Part shown: one piece after another, positions 60,385 to 64,000 of the stretch
Numbering within the stretch: position 1 is the first letter of the stretch
Layout: every line of letters starts with the position of its first letter
NCBI RefSeq assembly: GCF_000315625.1
Contig: NW_005434479.1
Location: 19,599-83,598, forward strand
Direction of reading: 5' to 3'
Source: Guillardia theta CCMP2712
Lineage: Eukaryota; Protista; Cryptophyta
DNA length: 64,000 bases
The notes under the pieces: model-generated
What the model was told of the DNA's origin: nothing
Databases searched by the model: none
What the model saw: the letters and a program-made list of their open reading frames with translations, nothing else
Translations under genes and position numbers: made by a program

Positions 60385-61285
60385 TCACCATCTTAACGTC
60401 TCATTTTCTTCACGGAGTATTTTCTTCCACTCTTTCCATGCACGAATGCGTGTACGATCTTGAACATCCACATTGTAAGCACGTTCGAAGATAATATGCT
60501 TCCATATGGGGATGCAGCAGCCCGTAATTTTCGGTTTGTCTGCAAGATTAGTCACAGGGAACACAAAACGAGAGGGAGGAATGAAATCGTCATGAAAATG
60601 ATAGCATGGAGTTGTGGGCAGTTGCAGCAGAAATACACAGTTTGCGGATGAGGATGGTGGTACAGGCTGCGTTAGACTCGGGTTCTGAGATTCAGGTGAA
60701 GCAAATATGAAATTCATGTTGGTGATGTTGAGGAAGGATGTGAGATTCGTTGTATTGGTCATGTTAGTGCTGCCCATGACGACAGTTCTCACGACGAATT
60801 TCGTGAATTTGGATGGAAATGTGGTAGGTGTTCACCATCAATCAGCACGTCGCCAAGTATGAGAGTTTTGTCTCTTGTCAATATCATGCGATGAAGCCAT
60901 TCATCGCCCAGGTACTCCTTCAGCCATGCAAACTTGTCCCTACAACAGACACCAGGACAACAGGGATGAGGTGCCGTGACGAGCCGAACGTCAAACCCTT
61001 CTGCGAGCATTTCTTGAAGGGCTTCGATGGCGTCAGGAAGAGGTCGGAGGGAGCGATAAAACCCGGGCTGAGCGATGACTTGGAGGACAGCAGGCCTGAC
61101 ATACTCAGGGAAATTATCCTCAATCTCAAAGTGCTTTCTGTTCCTCACTAACTCTTCAATGGCCAGGTTGCTTGCAAGGTCAGCGAACGATTCGTTAAAC
61201 CTCCGCAGAAACTCTTCATCCCAATCAACGATCGTGTTGTCCATGTCGATGAGGATGAATCTCTTCCGCTCATTCTGACGCTCTC
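60385..61285 (-). CDS. 5'(3')-deoxyribonucleotidase (NT5C/NT5M family, HAD superfamily); 5' exon uncertain
   Basis: ILIDMDNTIVDW (motif I), LVTAP, DKFAWL, ILTRDKTLILGDVLID|DKP, HIIF..YN. Confidence 0.9.
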
Positions 61286-61786
61286 CTTGTAGCAGTGAAG
61301 GAGAAGAACCTGCAAACCATAAATGAACAAAGTCACCACTGAAACAGCACCGTCATGAACAACAGCACACGATGATCGGAGAGGGAGTATACTGTGTGAA
61401 GCATCCCACATTCCGTTTCTGCATAGTGGACATCTGGCACGTTGGGCATCGACTTACGCAATGTCTATACTCATACGTGCTGTCGTGTTGTATCACAAGT
61501 TGTACCTTCGCCAGGCTTCATCTCCCAATTTGCCGGGGACCCCCTCCTTTTTACTTGTTAAATAGGTTTTACTCCCTCCCCCTTCCCCCCTCCCCGCCGT
61601 GTCAGTCCTCTCCATACCCCCCCGCTCCTCCAGCCTCTTCGTCAACGCTCTGGTTGGGTTGGATCATCCCTTCTTCCTTGATCCCCTGGCCTGTTTCCTA
61701 CCAGAACTATTCGTAACCCCGCCTATCTCAGTTATTGTGACAGAAAGCAACGCCTTGTCAAGTCTGATTTCTCATGATATGGCGCA

Positions 61787-62553
61787 TGTATGAAGTCAAC
61801 TTCATTTTGGCTGTCAACCTTGTCATTGCTCTCTTTCTTCTTCAGTGCATCGAGTGCGATTTTTCTTTCATAAACACGGCTGGGTTGCTACAGCTACACC
61901 AGGTTACACCGCGGCTGTTTGACCATCCGGCAAGGCGTCTAAGGGGAGGCGAGGAAAACACGTTTGATGCAGCTGGTTTTCTTGCCTCGTACGGAATCCG
62001 ATCAAATCTCAGTCACCTTGAGGTGACCTATCATGCGGACACGGGTGCTGTGCATCTGCAAGAAGAGATTGTGATGGAATTCGATCCATCGGACTGGTGG
62101 CTGCAGAGGCAGCCGAGAGTTTCCTGGGAAGGAAAGAAAACATTGCTAATGCTTGATCCTGACGCCCCTCAGCCGAATCGTAACGTTAGCCTTGCTGGAC
62201 GGCTTGGCCCATGGCTGCATTGGCTTGTGGTTGATGCTGAGGATGAGCCGGAGAAAGGCAGATGTCTCGTGGAATACATGGGACCTGCTCCGCCTCTGGT
62301 ACATGGTGATCGAGCTGTCTACTTGTGACCAGATGTTACAGGAAAGCATCGATACATCTTTATCCTATTCGATCAGGAGGATCAGCAGCAAGTGAAGGTG
62401 AAAGATACCACTCGAGCTCGATGGGACTTCGAAACTTTCCTCTCAGAGAATCAGTGAGTTTGTTTTGCCTTATGCTTTCGATACATGAAAGAAAATATTT
62501 TCAGACATCTGGTTCCAGTAGCTATGTGCTTCTTCATCGTTCAAGCGAGCTGA
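61787..62553 (+). CDS. PEBP/RKIP family protein with signal peptide, 3 exons
   Basis: LLMLDPDAP, WLHWLV, YMGPAPP|GKHRYIFILFDQ; hydrophobic N-terminus followed by RRLRGG. Confidence 0.9.
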
Positions 62554-63740
62554 GTGGACCTTCAAGATTCATTGATTATGACATGTTTGACAACGGGCTG
62601 GACGACAGACATATGATGTGATAAAGATTTATTATCAACGTGTAGTTCATTTGTCTCAAACCTCAATCCTGAGCATGGTAGCATCAGTCAAGCCAAATAG
62701 AACAATCATTTGCAGAAATACAATCCAAGTGGAAATTTCGATCATATTGCCTTCATCGCCGTAAAAATGTACAAGAGGGGACAATCGGCTTCAAACACGA
62801 GAAGCTTATAATCAAGTGTCAATGCTTGTTTGCAAGCTCAAGCCATTCTTTCTCATCGTTCATGATGAAAGAATTCCAATGGCGCATAAGCTGGATCAGG
62901 TCTCCTTGTGTTCGGATATTCCTCTCTGAGAATGGCAAGTCCTTTGTACCCTGATCATCCACCTGTTCTTTTCCGTCGTCAGCTGCGCTTTTCCGATTGA
63001 AATTTGAATGGCTTGATCTGTAATTTCCAAAGAAGATATCAAACGCTTCCTTGCCTAAAGGAGTTACCATTGAATTGTTTTTGGTTCGCAAGATTATTGT
63101 CAACACAAATCTCCTACTATAAAAGAGCAGTCCTCCTGAGGTAAATTTTAGAGACACATCACGAAAAAGTACATATTTATTCGTCTTTCATGAGAATCAC
63201 TTAGAAATTCACACTTCTTTCCCTTTAGTATCTTTGCTAATTCACTTCTAAGGGTTGAAATCATCATGTTTTGATCAGACTGCTACATATTCTTTGTCAT
63301 GATATACTCTGTGGGAGTACTAGGAGCCGCTAAATGCATTCGCTCATCATTTCCTCTTTGACTCCTCCTCATCTTTCCCGCATGCTTTCATTCGCTTCAA
63401 GCGAATGCCTGGAAGTACAGACCTCGAAGAAGGGTTGATTGCGCAAATTATTCTAAAATTGATCAGGAAGTGCTAATTAGTTTCGAAATGAACAAAAGTT
63501 GCTCCTAGTGTTGAAAGGTGAACAGATTCTGGTTTAAACTAACTTGAATTCTTGGTTTTGGCAGCCGCATTTAGTTGGGGAATAAGTATTATAAGTCATG
63601 CATTGGGGTCATTGAGCTCTGAAAAGGAAGCATTTCGCATCAGCAGCAACATTCATCCTTTTCGCACCACCCCATCGAAGAAGCTTCGATCATTGAATAT
63701 CAAGGGTGGGTGTCAGCAGTACCAGTCAATTCGCCCCTCA

Positions 63741-63806
63741 TAGGGTTTAGGGTTTAGGGTTTAGGGTTTAGGGTTTAGGGTTTAGGGTTTAGGGTTTAGG
63801 GTTTAG
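63741..63806 (+). repeat. Telomeric (TTTAGGG)n array, 8 full units plus partials, G-strand facing the window end
   Basis: Seen directly. Confidence 0.95.
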
Positions 63807-63996
63807 AGGTTCCTTATTTCCCGGCAGGTTCCTTATTTCCCGGCAGGTTCCTTATTTCCCGGCAGGTTCCTTATTTCCCGGCAGGTTCCTTATTTCCCGG
63901 CAGGTTCCTTATTTCCCGGCAGGTTCCTTATTTCCCGGCAGGTTCCTTATTTCCCGGCAGGTTCCTTATTTCCCGGCAGGTTCCTTATTTCCCGGC
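63807..63996 (+). repeat. 19-bp perfect tandem repeat (AGGTTCCTTATTTCCCGGC) x10, distal to the TTTAGGG array
   Basis: Seen directly; followed by AGGG at the window end. Confidence 0.95.
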
Positions 63997-64000
63997 AGGG

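Noticed and set aside
60545-60835. Cassette exon within the long NT5C intron (N-terminal part of ORF 60385-60792)
   Set aside because: The flanking exons join in phase to rebuild the IDDKP motif; including the segment introduces a stop or breaks the motif

Overview
Eukaryotic nuclear DNA from an intron-dense protist. Short (~45-60 nt) GT-AG introns, purine-rich simple repeats, the TTTAGGG telomere motif and the gene style suggest a cryptophyte alga; this is an inference and is not proven here. The window probably runs into a chromosome end, and it has three N gaps (11907-12122, 43614-43713, 46456-46555). Recognisable genes: a Ser/Thr kinase-coiled-coil-PARP catalytic fusion, Mpv17/PMP22, a SET-domain (RBCMT/SETD6-like) methyltransferase, a Dispatched/Patched-like RND protein, an RCC1-repeat protein, a CEP70-like coiled-coil protein, a cereblon CULT-domain protein, a PPPDE/DeSI peptidase, a NUDT5-like Nudix hydrolase, an ionotropic glutamate receptor without an ATD, an NT5C deoxyribonucleotidase and a PEBP protein. 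The stretch from about 20 to 34 kb is rearranged: it holds a decayed chromodomain Ty3/Gypsy element, a ~1 kb direct duplication and a mosaic of truncated gene fragments. The most notable items are (1) the kinase-PARP fusion with an intact H-Y-E triad, (2) a 19-bp repeat array fused directly to the TTTAGGG telomeric array, and (3) two small paralogous genes that share both a C-terminal motif and upstream TTTGACC/GGTCAAA palindromes. Exon structures were inferred by eye and no database searches were run.
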